This document shows positions 13,309-22,944 of a DNA stretch of 64,000 nt, piece by piece. The stretch lies in NCBI GenBank assembly GCA_963749415.1, contig CAVVMG010000001.1, forward strand, positions 1,486,765 to 1,550,764. Direction: 5' to 3'. The DNA is from an uncultured Acidobacteriota bacterium. Its GTDB lineage: Bacteria > Actinomycetota > Acidimicrobiia > Spongiisociales > ZC4RG35. The notes under the pieces were generated by a model, which did not search any database, was not told the origin of the DNA, and saw only the letters and a program-made list of their open reading frames with translations. The translations under genes and the position numbers were made by a program. Every line of letters starts with the position of its first letter. Within the stretch, counting starts at the first letter, position 1.

Positions 13309-14136
13309 GTGCATAGGGTGGCCGAGATCACGACCTTGAGTGGGGCCGTCGCCGAACTGGTGCGAGACGGGTCGATGGTCGCCATGGAGGGGTTCACCCA
13401 TCTGATCCCCTTTGCCGCCGGGCACGAAGTCATCCGGCAGGGGCGGCGGGACCTCACCCTGGTGCGAATGACCCCGGACGTCATATATGACCAATTGATC
13501 GGTATGGGTTGTGCCTCCCGGCTCATCTTCTCCTGGGGGGGCAATCCCGGTGTCGGGTCGCTTCATCGATTCCGGGACGCGGTGGAGAACGGCTTCCCGG
13601 TGCCTCTCGGCATCGAGGAGCACAGTCACGCGGCGATGGCTGCTCGTTACACGGCAGGCGCGTCCGGGTTGCCCTTTGCCGTGCTCCGGGGGTACCAGGG
13701 CTCCGACCTGATGGGGAAGACCGCGGTGGCCACCATCCAGAGCCCGTTCACCGACGAGCAACTCGCCGCGGTCCCCGCCCTGAACCCGGATGTCGCGATC
13801 ATCCATGCCCAACAAGCCGACCGCCGGGGGAATGTCGGGCTCTGGGGGATCACCGGGGTCCAGAAGGAGGCCGTTCTCGCCGCCCGGGCTTCGATCGTCA
13901 CCGTGGAGGAGATCGTCGACACCCTCGTGCCCCGTTCCCCAAACTGGGTGGTGCTCCCGTCGTGGGTGGTGACCGCGGTCTCCCTCAGCCCCGGTGGGTC
14001 GCATCCCTCCTATGCCATGGGTTACTCCACCCGAGACAATGCTTTCTACAAGGCGTGGGACGCGATCTCGAGGGATCGCGACGCCTTTCGAGACTGGATG
14101 GGCTCCAATGTCCTCGACGTTCCGAGGGGAGTCTGA
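13309..14136 (+). CDS. CoA-transferase subunit A (3-oxoacid / glutaconate CoA-transferase family I)
   Basis: 275 aa. Family-A pattern GFTHLIPFAAGHEVIRQG...SWGGNPGVG...VAIIHAQQADRRGNVGLWG. GTG start taken after the dioxygenase stop. The 527-aa ORF in the track is wrong-frame in its first half. Confidence 0.75.
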   Translation: MHRVAEITTLSGAVAELVRDGSMVAMEGFTHLIPFAAGHEVIRQGRRDLTLVRMTPDVIYDQLIGMGCASRLIFSWGGNPGVGSLHRFRDAVENGFPVPLGIEEHSHAAMAARYTAGASGLPFAVLRGYQGSDLMGKTAVATIQSPFTDEQLAAVPALNPDVAIIHAQQADRRGNVGLWGITGVQKEAVLAARASIVTVEEIVDTLVPRSPNWVVLPSWVVTAVSLSPGGSHPSYAMGYSTRDNAFYKAWDAISRDRDAFRDWMGSNVLDVPRGV

Positions 14137-14162
14137 CCATCGACGGCTACACCACCGACGAG

Positions 14163-14912
14163 ATGATGACGGTCACCGCCGCCAGGTTCCTCCGCAACGG
14201 CCAGGTGTGCTTCGTCGGCATCGGGCTCCCCAGCGAGGCGGCCAACCTCGCCCGTCTCTCTCATGCGCCGGACCTGGTCCTCATCTACGAGTCGGGGACG
14301 ATCGGCACCCGCCCCGAAGTCCTGCCCCTTTCCATCGGCGATGGGGAACTGGCGGAGAAGGCAGACACCGTGGTGTCGGTGCCGGAGATCTTCGGGTATT
14401 GGCTCCAGGGTGGGCGGGTCGACGTCGGTTTTCTCTCCGCGGCGCAAATCGACCGCTTCGGGAACCTGAACAGCACCGTGATCGGGCCCTACGACCAGCC
14501 GATCGTTCGTCTGCCCGGAGCGGGCGGTGCTCCCGAGATCGCCACCAATGCCCGCGAGGTGCTAGTCATGCTTCGCCAATCGACCCGCAGCTTCGTTGAG
14601 TCCGTCGACTTCGTGACCAGCCTCGGGTTCGGCAGGACCGGAGAGGGCAGGCCTCCCGGCGCCGGTGGCGGCCCCACCGTGGTGATCACTGACCTCGGGG
14701 TGTTGCGGCCCGACCCCGATGACCACGAGCTGACCCTGGTGGCAACACATCCCGGGGTGGAAGCCGGGGGCGTGGTGGCCAGCACCGGCTGGGAGCTCCG
14801 CATTGCCGACGACCTGGAGGTCAGCGTGCCCCCGACCGGGGACGAGCTCGGCATCCTGCGTGAACTGCTGGCGAAGACAGAGCGAGCACATTCGGGGCTC
14901 GGGCCGGCCTGA
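14163..14912 (+). CDS. CoA-transferase subunit B. The N-terminus is uncertain: the conserved sequence LTIDGYTTDEMM precedes the first ATG with no canonical start available.
   Basis: B-subunit pattern MTVTAARFLRNGQVCFVGIGLP...SGTIG...NLNSTVIG. First in-frame ATG is at 14163, but the upstream in-frame residues also look conserved. Confidence 0.7.
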   Translation: MMTVTAARFLRNGQVCFVGIGLPSEAANLARLSHAPDLVLIYESGTIGTRPEVLPLSIGDGELAEKADTVVSVPEIFGYWLQGGRVDVGFLSAAQIDRFGNLNSTVIGPYDQPIVRLPGAGGAPEIATNAREVLVMLRQSTRSFVESVDFVTSLGFGRTGEGRPPGAGGGPTVVITDLGVLRPDPDDHELTLVATHPGVEAGGVVASTGWELRIADDLEVSVPPTGDELGILRELLAKTERAHSGLGPA

Positions 14913-14918
14913 TCGCCG

Positions 14919-16265
14919 TCAGTGAGAGCCGGCGACTGCCAGCAGGTGCCACTCGCCCTCGATCCCCTTGAGGTTATGGACGCCTCGATCCTCGAAGGCG
15001 AGGTCGGAGCCGATCACCAGATCCTTGACCGTGCGGGAGACCAGGATCTCATCGGCATGGGCCTCGGCCATGATCCGGGCCGCAAGGTGCACGGTCATAC
15101 CGCCCACGTCTTCCCCCCTGACCTCGATCTCGCCGGTATGGAGCCCGGAGCGGATGGTCAACTCGTAGGGATGCAACCCCTCCCGGAAGCCGGTGGCGAA
15201 CCGAATCCCCCGACCCGGCCCGTCGAATGTGGCGAGCAAGCCGTCTCCGGTGCTCTTCACGTATCGACCCCCGTTGGCGGCGAGGAGGCGCCCGGCCAGG
15301 GCATCGTGCTCGTCCAGGACCTCTTTCCAGCGGGCATCGCCCCTCTCGGAGAGAAGGCGGGTGGAATCCACGATGTCGGTGTAGAGGACCGTGGCCAGGA
15401 CCCGATCGGCGGGTGCGGTCGGCCTCACCCCGGTGACGAACTCCTCGATGGCGTCGAGTGCCTCCTCGGCATGATCCCAATACAGTGGCCCGTCCGAGCC
15501 AGGCAGCTCCACCATCCGGGCGCCGTCGATGTGCTCGGCGATGTAGCGCCCTTGTTCGATCGGCATGAACCGGTACGAGGTCCGGTGCAAGACCAGTGTC
15601 GGCACGTGGATCGCGGGCAGCAGCGATCGGGCATCTGCGGTGAACATGGCGCGGAAGTACGCCGATGCGGCGGCCGGCCCCGCGATGGAGCGGGTCTTCT
15701 TGGCGTACCAATCCCGGAAACGAGTGTCGGTCGCCCGGCTCGGGACCTGCAGGATCACGTGCTGATCGGTGCCCCACCGGTCGGACATCGTCTCGCTCAG
15801 CTCCAGAGCGGCCTCCGGGCTCATCCCTTCCGGATAGTCCTCGGATGCCGTGTACTTGCTGCTGGTGTTGACCAACACCAGCGCTGCGGTCTGTTCGGGC
15901 CGGGTCGCCGCGAACAGCATCCCCATGGGACCCGCGTCGTAAGTGGCCACGATGGCGGCCTTCTTGCTTCCCACCGCATGCATCACGCAATCGAGCTCCT
16001 CCACGAACGACTCCCATGGAGGGAGGGCGTCGAGCGCTAGCGGATCTGAGGCACCGGTGCCCCGCCGGTCGAAGCGGATGACCCTGGCGAATGATGCGAG
16101 TCTCCGCAGGAACATCGCCGCCTGCGGGTCCTCCCAATCGGTGTCGAAGGCCCCGAAGCTGCCCGCGCTCAAGACCAGGTCTATGGATGATCCGTTGTCG
16201 GAGTCGAGGACTTCGTATGCGACCCGGTCCGCCCCCAACCGTGCATAACCGGTGCTGCGCTCCAC
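14919..16265 (-). CDS. Two-domain protein: N-terminal alpha/beta-hydrolase fold plus C-terminal class III adenylyl/guanylyl cyclase catalytic domain (M. tuberculosis LipJ/Rv1900c-like architecture)
   Basis: 448 aa. C-terminal ~160 aa carry cyclase-homology-domain motifs (VLYTDIVDSTRL..., VKSTGDGLLATF, GLHTGEIEV..., GMTVHLAARI). N-terminal ~270 aa have an alpha/beta-hydrolase-like layout (HVPTLVLHRTSY...). GTG start. Confidence 0.75.
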   Translation of the reverse strand: MERSTGYARLGADRVAYEVLDSDNGSSIDLVLSAGSFGAFDTDWEDPQAAMFLRRLASFARVIRFDRRGTGASDPLALDALPPWESFVEELDCVMHAVGSKKAAIVATYDAGPMGMLFAATRPEQTAALVLVNTSSKYTASEDYPEGMSPEAALELSETMSDRWGTDQHVILQVPSRATDTRFRDWYAKKTRSIAGPAAASAYFRAMFTADARSLLPAIHVPTLVLHRTSYRFMPIEQGRYIAEHIDGARMVELPGSDGPLYWDHAEEALDAIEEFVTGVRPTAPADRVLATVLYTDIVDSTRLLSERGDARWKEVLDEHDALAGRLLAANGGRYVKSTGDGLLATFDGPGRGIRFATGFREGLHPYELTIRSGLHTGEIEVRGEDVGGMTVHLAARIMAEAHADEILVSRTVKDLVIGSDLAFEDRGVHNLKGIEGEWHLLAVAGSH

Positions 16266-16544
16266 TGCTTCGAGGATAGCCCCGCGCCCTTGTCCTGCCT
16301 CAGGGCCCGTCGACCCACGAAAGAAGTTCGGGGCGACGCTGTCGTCGCCCCGAGGTTGCCCCTGGGAGGAGGGATCTGTTGTAGTCGACGGGCTATGACC
16401 GTGACACCTTCTTTGTAACCGACGCAGGTGACAGCCGGGTTAACGGGCGCTGTCGATCGGCGGAACCTTGGTCCGGGCCTGGATCGATAATTCGACGCTG
16501 GTAGCTGCCTGTCCCTCTCTAACCTCGCCCTCACCGGTCCTCCA

Positions 16545-18143
<1,599 letters not shown>

Positions 18144-18190
18144 GCGCTCGCACACCGGAACCGTTGGGCCACTCGCGTCATCTAACCGGC

Positions 18191-18700
18191 ATGAAGAAGA
18201 TGCTCTCGCTCTTGGTGTTGTTGGCCTTGATCGCCGCCTGCGGCGGCGCCGATCTCGGTGCCGGGGGCGCCGATCCCACTTCGACCTCCTCCACGCCGAC
18301 CACGGCCAGCCCGGACGAGCCGGTCGATTCCGGCGGCGACGAGCCGATCTCCGAACCGCTGCCTCCCGGACAGGTCCCCAACCCGAGACCACCAATCGAT
18401 GGCAGCACCGACGGCGAGGTGTGGATCACCAAGACCGACCTTCTCATCATGGAGAGCTTCCCGATCCAGGTCAGCCTCCAGGTGGAAGGGGAGAAGCCGA
18501 CACCGTGTCACGAGATCTTCTGGACGGCCGAGGACACCGGTGACGCAATCGAGATCACCATGATCTCCCAGGTCAACAGTGACCAGGCCTGCGCCCAGGT
18601 CATCGAGCCCTTCATGATCTCGGTGCCCTTGGGGAGTTGGGCCGACGAGTCTCGTGATGTGATCCTCAACGGCGAACCGGCGGGCTCCTTCGACAGCTGA
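18191..18700 (+). CDS. Hypothetical lipoprotein
   Basis: Signal peptide MKKMLSLLVLLALIAACGG with lipobox, then a Pro/Ser/Thr-rich linker and a ~110-aa acidic domain. No recognisable family. Confidence 0.6.
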   Translation: MKKMLSLLVLLALIAACGGADLGAGGADPTSTSSTPTTASPDEPVDSGGDEPISEPLPPGQVPNPRPPIDGSTDGEVWITKTDLLIMESFPIQVSLQVEGEKPTPCHEIFWTAEDTGDAIEITMISQVNSDQACAQVIEPFMISVPLGSWADESRDVILNGEPAGSFDS

Positions 18701-18769
18701 TCTGATCGGCGAGCTCAGGCACTGATTCGGGGGCCCGGCCGCTGCACGCCGGATCGAAGCCCTCCCCTG

Positions 18770-18789
18770 ACAAACGAACGTTCGTTTGT
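18770..18789. promoter_or_regulatory. Perfect 20-bp palindrome ACAAACGAACGTTCGTTTGT: putative PaaR (TetR) operator in the paaA promoter spacer
   Basis: The palindrome contains AACGAACGTT, which fits the PaaR-type consensus CNAACGNNCGTTNG. It lies between a -35-like CTGACA (18767-18772) and a -10-like TAAGAT (18790-18795), 14 nt upstream of the paaA ATG. Confidence 0.6.
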
Positions 18790-18802
18790 TAAGATCCTGA
18801 TC

Positions 18803-19732
18803 ATGACCCCGGAGCAACGGTTCGATGCATTGGTCGGCGACGAGGAGAAGATCGAGCCCGCCGACTGGATGCCGGATGGATACCGGAGCACCCTGATCCG
18901 TCAGATCGCTCAACACGCCCATTCCGAGATCATCGGGATGCAGCCCGAGGGCAACTGGATCAGCCGGGCTCCAACGCTCCACCGAAAGGCGATCCTGATG
19001 GCCAAGGTCCAGGACGAGGCCGGCCACGGGCTCTACCTGTACTCCGCGGCCGAGACCCTCGGGGTGCGCAGGGATGACCTCCAGCAGCTACTCCACCAGG
19101 GCAAGCACAAATACTCCTCGATCTTCAACTACCCCACGCTGAGCTGGGCCGACATGGGAACCATCGGCTGGCTGGTAGACGGCGCCACGATCACCAACCA
19201 GGTGATGCTCACCCGGTGCTCCTACGGCCCTTACGCCCGAGGGATGGTCCGGATCTGCAAGGAAGAGTCGTTCCATCAGCGCCAGGGTTACGAGTCACTG
19301 ATCCGGCTGTGTTCGGGAAGCGCGGAGCAGAAGGCGATGGCCCAGGACGCCCTGAACCGCTGGTGGTGGCCATCGTTGATGATGTTCGGCCCTCACGACA
19401 CCGATTCGACGCACACCGAGCAGTCGATGCAATGGAAGATAAAGCGGGTGTCCAACGACGACCTCCGACAGCAATTCGTCGACATGACTGTCCCCCAGGC
19501 CGACTACCTCGGGCTCGAGATCCCGGACCCTGAGCTGCGATGGAACGAACCGAGGGGCCACTACGACTTCGGTGAGATCGACTGGGACGAGTTCTGGGCG
19601 GTGGTCAAAGGTGACGGCCCGATGAGTCGAGAGCGGATCGCGCACAAGGTGGCGGCATGGGACGAGGGAGCCTGGGTCCGGGAGGCGGCCTCGGCCTACG
19701 CCGCGAAGAGACCACAGCGAGGTGCAGCGTGA
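18803..19732 (+). CDS. paaA: Ring-1,2-phenylacetyl-CoA epoxidase subunit A
   Basis: 309 aa di-iron oxygenase subunit ([11 protein letters not shown]...DEAGHG...). First gene of the paaABCDE array. Confidence 0.9.
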   Translation: MTPEQRFDALVGDEEKIEPADWMPDGYRSTLIRQIAQHAHSEIIGMQPEGNWISRAPTLHRKAILMAKVQDEAGHGLYLYSAAETLGVRRDDLQQLLHQGKHKYSSIFNYPTLSWADMGTIGWLVDGATITNQVMLTRCSYGPYARGMVRICKEESFHQRQGYESLIRLCSGSAEQKAMAQDALNRWWWPSLMMFGPHDTDSTHTEQSMQWKIKRVSNDDLRQQFVDMTVPQADYLGLEIPDPELRWNEPRGHYDFGEIDWDEFWAVVKGDGPMSRERIAHKVAAWDEGAWVREAASAYAAKRPQRGAA

Positions 19733-19742
19733 GGAGGATGCC

Positions 19743-20087
19743 ATGACCTACGAAGTCCCGGTCGCCCCGGGTGAGAGCGCCGAGTTGGAGACCGAAATCC
19801 AAGGCGGTTCCGAAGGCTGGCAGCTGTGGGAGGTGTTCGTGCGGGCGAGGCGGGGGATCTCCCACGTTCATATCGGGAGCCTCCATGCCCCGGACCCGGA
19901 GACCGCCTTGCAGAACGCCCGAGACGTCTACACCCGGCGTGGGGAAGGGGTGAGCCTCTGGGTGGTTCCCAGCTCCGAGATCAATGCCTTCGAGCCCGAC
20001 GATGCCGTCGAGTACGTGGAGGCCAATGAAAAGGGCTATCGGCTGGCGACCAGTTACGACATCCCCGACGAAGTGGGGCACATGTGA
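19743..20087 (+). CDS. paaB: Ring-1,2-phenylacetyl-CoA epoxidase subunit B
   Basis: 114 aa (MTYEVPV...WEVFVRARRG...HVHIGSLHAPDPE), the small PaaB subunit. Confidence 0.9.
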   Translation: MTYEVPVAPGESAELETEIQGGSEGWQLWEVFVRARRGISHVHIGSLHAPDPETALQNARDVYTRRGEGVSLWVVPSSEINAFEPDDAVEYVEANEKGYRLATSYDIPDEVGHM

Positions 20088-20830
20088 CGGGATCGGCTCC
20101 CACCGGGACACCTGTGGTCGACCTCGGCGACCGGTTCACGATGCTTCTCGCCCATGCCGACGACAACCTGGTCATCGCCCAGCGCCTCGGGGAGTGGATC
20201 TCGAGGGCACCCGAGCTCGAGGAGGACATCGCCCTGGGCAACATCGCCCTCGACCATCTCGGGGTGGCCCGCGCCCTGTACACGCTGGCCGGCGGGGTCG
20301 AAGGGCGCGGCCGCAATGAAGACGACCTGGCGATGCTCCGCGACGAGCGTCAGTTCCTCAATCTCCTGCTCGTGGAGCAGCCAAACGGGGACTTTGCCCA
20401 CACCATCGTGCGCCAGCTCCTCTTCGATGGATACCAACTCCTGCTCTGGGACACGATCGCCGGCGACTCCGACGCAGATCTGGCGGGGATCGCCGCCAGA
20501 GCCCTGAAGGAGGCTCGCTATCACTTCCGGCACTCCTCGTCCTGGGTGATCAGGCTCGGTGACGGGACCGAGGAATCACATAGCCGGGCCCAGACCGCCC
20601 TCGACGAGCTCTGGAGATACACCGATGAGCTGTTCCTCGACGGCGCGGTCGCCGATCGCAAGCCGTGGGACACCATGATCGGGGAAGTCCTCGCCGAGGC
20701 AGGGCTGGCGGCTCCCGACGAGCGGTTCCAACGGGACGGCGGCCGGCTCGGCTTCCACAGCGAGCATCTCGGTTTTCTCCTCGCCGAGATGCAATGGATG
20801 CAGCGGTCCTACCCGGGGCTGGAATGGTGA
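20084..20830 (+). CDS. paaC: Ring-1,2-phenylacetyl-CoA epoxidase subunit C
   Basis: 248 aa PaaC-like. Start overlaps the paaB stop (ATGTGA). Confidence 0.88.
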   Translation: MTGSAPTGTPVVDLGDRFTMLLAHADDNLVIAQRLGEWISRAPELEEDIALGNIALDHLGVARALYTLAGGVEGRGRNEDDLAMLRDERQFLNLLLVEQPNGDFAHTIVRQLLFDGYQLLLWDTIAGDSDADLAGIAARALKEARYHFRHSSSWVIRLGDGTEESHSRAQTALDELWRYTDELFLDGAVADRKPWDTMIGEVLAEAGLAAPDERFQRDGGRLGFHSEHLGFLLAEMQWMQRSYPGLEW

Positions 20831-21288
20831 TGGTCGCCTCGCTCGAGGTGGACCACGCGATCGCCGCGGTCGGTGCCGTGGTCGATCCCGAGATCCCGGT
20901 GCTCACCATCGCCGACCTCGGGATCCTCCGCGACGTCGTCCTGGATGATGGCCGATTGCTGGTGACGATCACACCGACCTACTCGGGATGTCCTGCAATG
21001 CGCCAGATCGAGTCGGACGTGAAGGAGGCCGCTCGAGCCGCGGGCTTTGATGACGTGGAAGTCCGCGTGGTCCACAACCCGCCGTGGACCACCGATTGGA
21101 TCTCACCCAAGGCAAGGCGTGCCCTCGCCGGGTTCGGGATCACACCCCCCACTCCGCTCGCCGAGGTGACCTGCCCCCGCTGCGCAGGCTCGTCGCGCGT
21201 CGTCTCCCGCTTCGGGTCGACGGCATGCAAGGCACTGATGGTGTGCACCGGCTGTGGCGAGCCGTTCGACCATTTCAAGGAGCATTGA
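20824..21288 (+). CDS. paaD: Phenylacetate-CoA oxygenase subunit PaaD (Fe-S cluster assembly SufT/PaaD-like)
   Basis: PaaD pattern DPEIPVLTIADLGILRDV plus the C-terminal Cys cluster CPRCAGS...CKALMVCTGCGEPFDHFK. Start chosen among ATG 20824, GTG 20827 and ATG 20830. Confidence 0.8.
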   Translation: MVMVASLEVDHAIAAVGAVVDPEIPVLTIADLGILRDVVLDDGRLLVTITPTYSGCPAMRQIESDVKEAARAAGFDDVEVRVVHNPPWTTDWISPKARRALAGFGITPPTPLAEVTCPRCAGSSRVVSRFGSTACKALMVCTGCGEPFDHFKEH

Positions 21289-21289
21289 C

Positions 21290-22366
21290 GTGTCGGCCCC
21301 TGTCGAGTTCCACGACCTCGAGGTCCTCGAGGTGGAGCCGCTGACCGACGAGGCGGTCGCTGTGACCTTGGCCGTCCCAGCCCGACTCCGCACCGATTTC
21401 GAATACCTGCCCGGGCAGCATGTGACCTTGCGGGCGATCGTGGAAGGGGAGGATCTGCGTCGCTCCTACTCGATCTGCGCCAACGCCAACCAGGGTGGCC
21501 TCCGGGTCGGGATCAAGAGGCTCCCCGGAGGAGCGTTCTCCACGTGGGCCACCACCCGGCTCCGGGCGGGGGATGTGCTCGGGGTGATGCCGCCGGTGGG
21601 GGAGTTCACCATCGAGCCCGATCCGACGAGCTCCAAGCACCGGGTCGCGATCGTCGCCGGGTCCGGGATCACGCCGGTTCTCTCCCTGCTGGCGACAACT
21701 CTCGAAGCCGAGCCGGCAGCGCGCTGGACGGTGATCTTCGGGAACAGGACTGCCGGGAGTGTGATGTTCCTCGACGAGCTGGAGGGCCTCAAGGACCGCT
21801 ATCCCGACCGTCTCCAGCTGTTCCACCTGATGAGCCGTGAAGGCTCCGACCTCCCGCTGCTCTCGGGCCGGATCGACGAGGAGAAAATCAGCCAGATTCA
21901 CCACCGACTATTGGGCAAGGGCGCGATCGACGAGTGGTTCCTTTGTGGGCCCTACGAGATGGTGACGATGGCCCGGGCCACCCTCACCGGACTCGGTGTC
22001 GATGACGAGCGGATGCACGATGAGCTGTTTTTCGCCGGTCCGTTGGACACGGCCGATCTACCGCCTGAGCCGCCCCCGGGAGAGGGAACAGTCCAGCTCA
22101 CGGTGATCCTCGATGGCAGGGCCGTCGAGACCCGGATGAGGCCGGAGACCTCCGTCCTGGACGCCGCGTTGAGGGTCCGCCCCGAGCTGCCCTTCTCCTG
22201 CAAAGGGGGAATGTGCGCAAGCTGCAAAGGGCGGATCGAGGTTGGCGAGGTCGCGATGGACAAGAACTATGCGCTGGTGGCCGCCGAGGTCGAAGCCGGA
22301 TATGTGCTCACCTGCCAGTCCCACCCCGTCACCGACCAAGTCGTCGTCCGTTACGACCACCGCTGA
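21290..22366 (+). CDS. paaE: Phenylacetate-CoA oxygenase reductase subunit PaaE (FNR-like FAD/NAD domains plus C-terminal 2Fe-2S ferredoxin)
   Basis: RxYS FAD motif (RRSYS), GSGITP NAD motif and a plant-type ferredoxin at the C-terminus (CKGGMCASCKG...C). GTG start 2 nt after the paaD stop. Confidence 0.88.
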   Translation: MSAPVEFHDLEVLEVEPLTDEAVAVTLAVPARLRTDFEYLPGQHVTLRAIVEGEDLRRSYSICANANQGGLRVGIKRLPGGAFSTWATTRLRAGDVLGVMPPVGEFTIEPDPTSSKHRVAIVAGSGITPVLSLLATTLEAEPAARWTVIFGNRTAGSVMFLDELEGLKDRYPDRLQLFHLMSREGSDLPLLSGRIDEEKISQIHHRLLGKGAIDEWFLCGPYEMVTMARATLTGLGVDDERMHDELFFAGPLDTADLPPEPPPGEGTVQLTVILDGRAVETRMRPETSVLDAALRVRPELPFSCKGGMCASCKGRIEVGEVAMDKNYALVAAEVEAGYVLTCQSHPVTDQVVVRYDHR

Positions 22367-22944
22367 TGGTCACCACCCGCAACAGCCGTGTCGACGTAGT
22401 CACCGCCGCCGGGCGCCTCTTCGCGGAGCGCGGCTATCAGGGGACGTCGATGCGGGACCTGGGCCGGGAGCTCGGGCTACTCGGGTCGTCCCTCTATGCC
22501 CATGTCGAGTCGAAGCAGGATCTGCTGGTCGAGGTGGTCGAAGAGGGATCCCGGCTGTTTCGCGCCTCTGCCGAGAGCGCGATGGCCGAGGGCGGGTCTC
22601 CTTCCGTCCGGCTGGCGCGGCTCATCGCCGGCCACGTGGGTGTGGTGCTGGCGAATCCCGATGTGGTGCGGACCTTCCTCAACGAGGCAAGGATGCTGGA
22701 TGACGCCCACCGCCGTCGGGTGATCGCAGCCCGCGACTCCTACGAGGCCGTTTTTCGACAGGTGGTCGGCGCCGGTGTGTCCGACGGCTCGTTCCGTCCC
22801 GATGCGGACCCCAAGTTGAGCTCGATCTTCGTCCTCTCGGTTCTGAACGCGATCGAGCGCTGGTACCGGTCCGACGGGGATGTCGGGCCCGACGACCTGG
22901 TCGCTCGCCTGACCGGGTTCCTCCTGGCCGCGCTCAGACGCTGA
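22366..22944 (+). CDS. paaR: TetR-family transcriptional regulator coupled to the 3' end of the paa operon (PaaR-like)
   Basis: 193 aa with an N-terminal TetR HTH (AGRLFAERGYQGTSMRDLGRELGLLGSSLYAHVESKQDLL). ATG overlaps the paaE stop (TGATG). Confidence 0.8.
   Translation: MVTTRNSRVDVVTAAGRLFAERGYQGTSMRDLGRELGLLGSSLYAHVESKQDLLVEVVEEGSRLFRASAESAMAEGGSPSVRLARLIAGHVGVVLANPDVVRTFLNEARMLDDAHRRRVIAARDSYEAVFRQVVGAGVSDGSFRPDADPKLSSIFVLSVLNAIERWYRSDGDVGPDDLVARLTGFLLAALRR

Noticed and set aside
12553-14136. 527-aa plus-strand ORF spanning the dioxygenase-like gene and the CoA-transferase A gene
   Set aside because: The first ~250 aa are a wrong-frame read over the dioxygenase gene. Only the C-terminal part from GTG 13309 is protein-like (CoA-transferase A).
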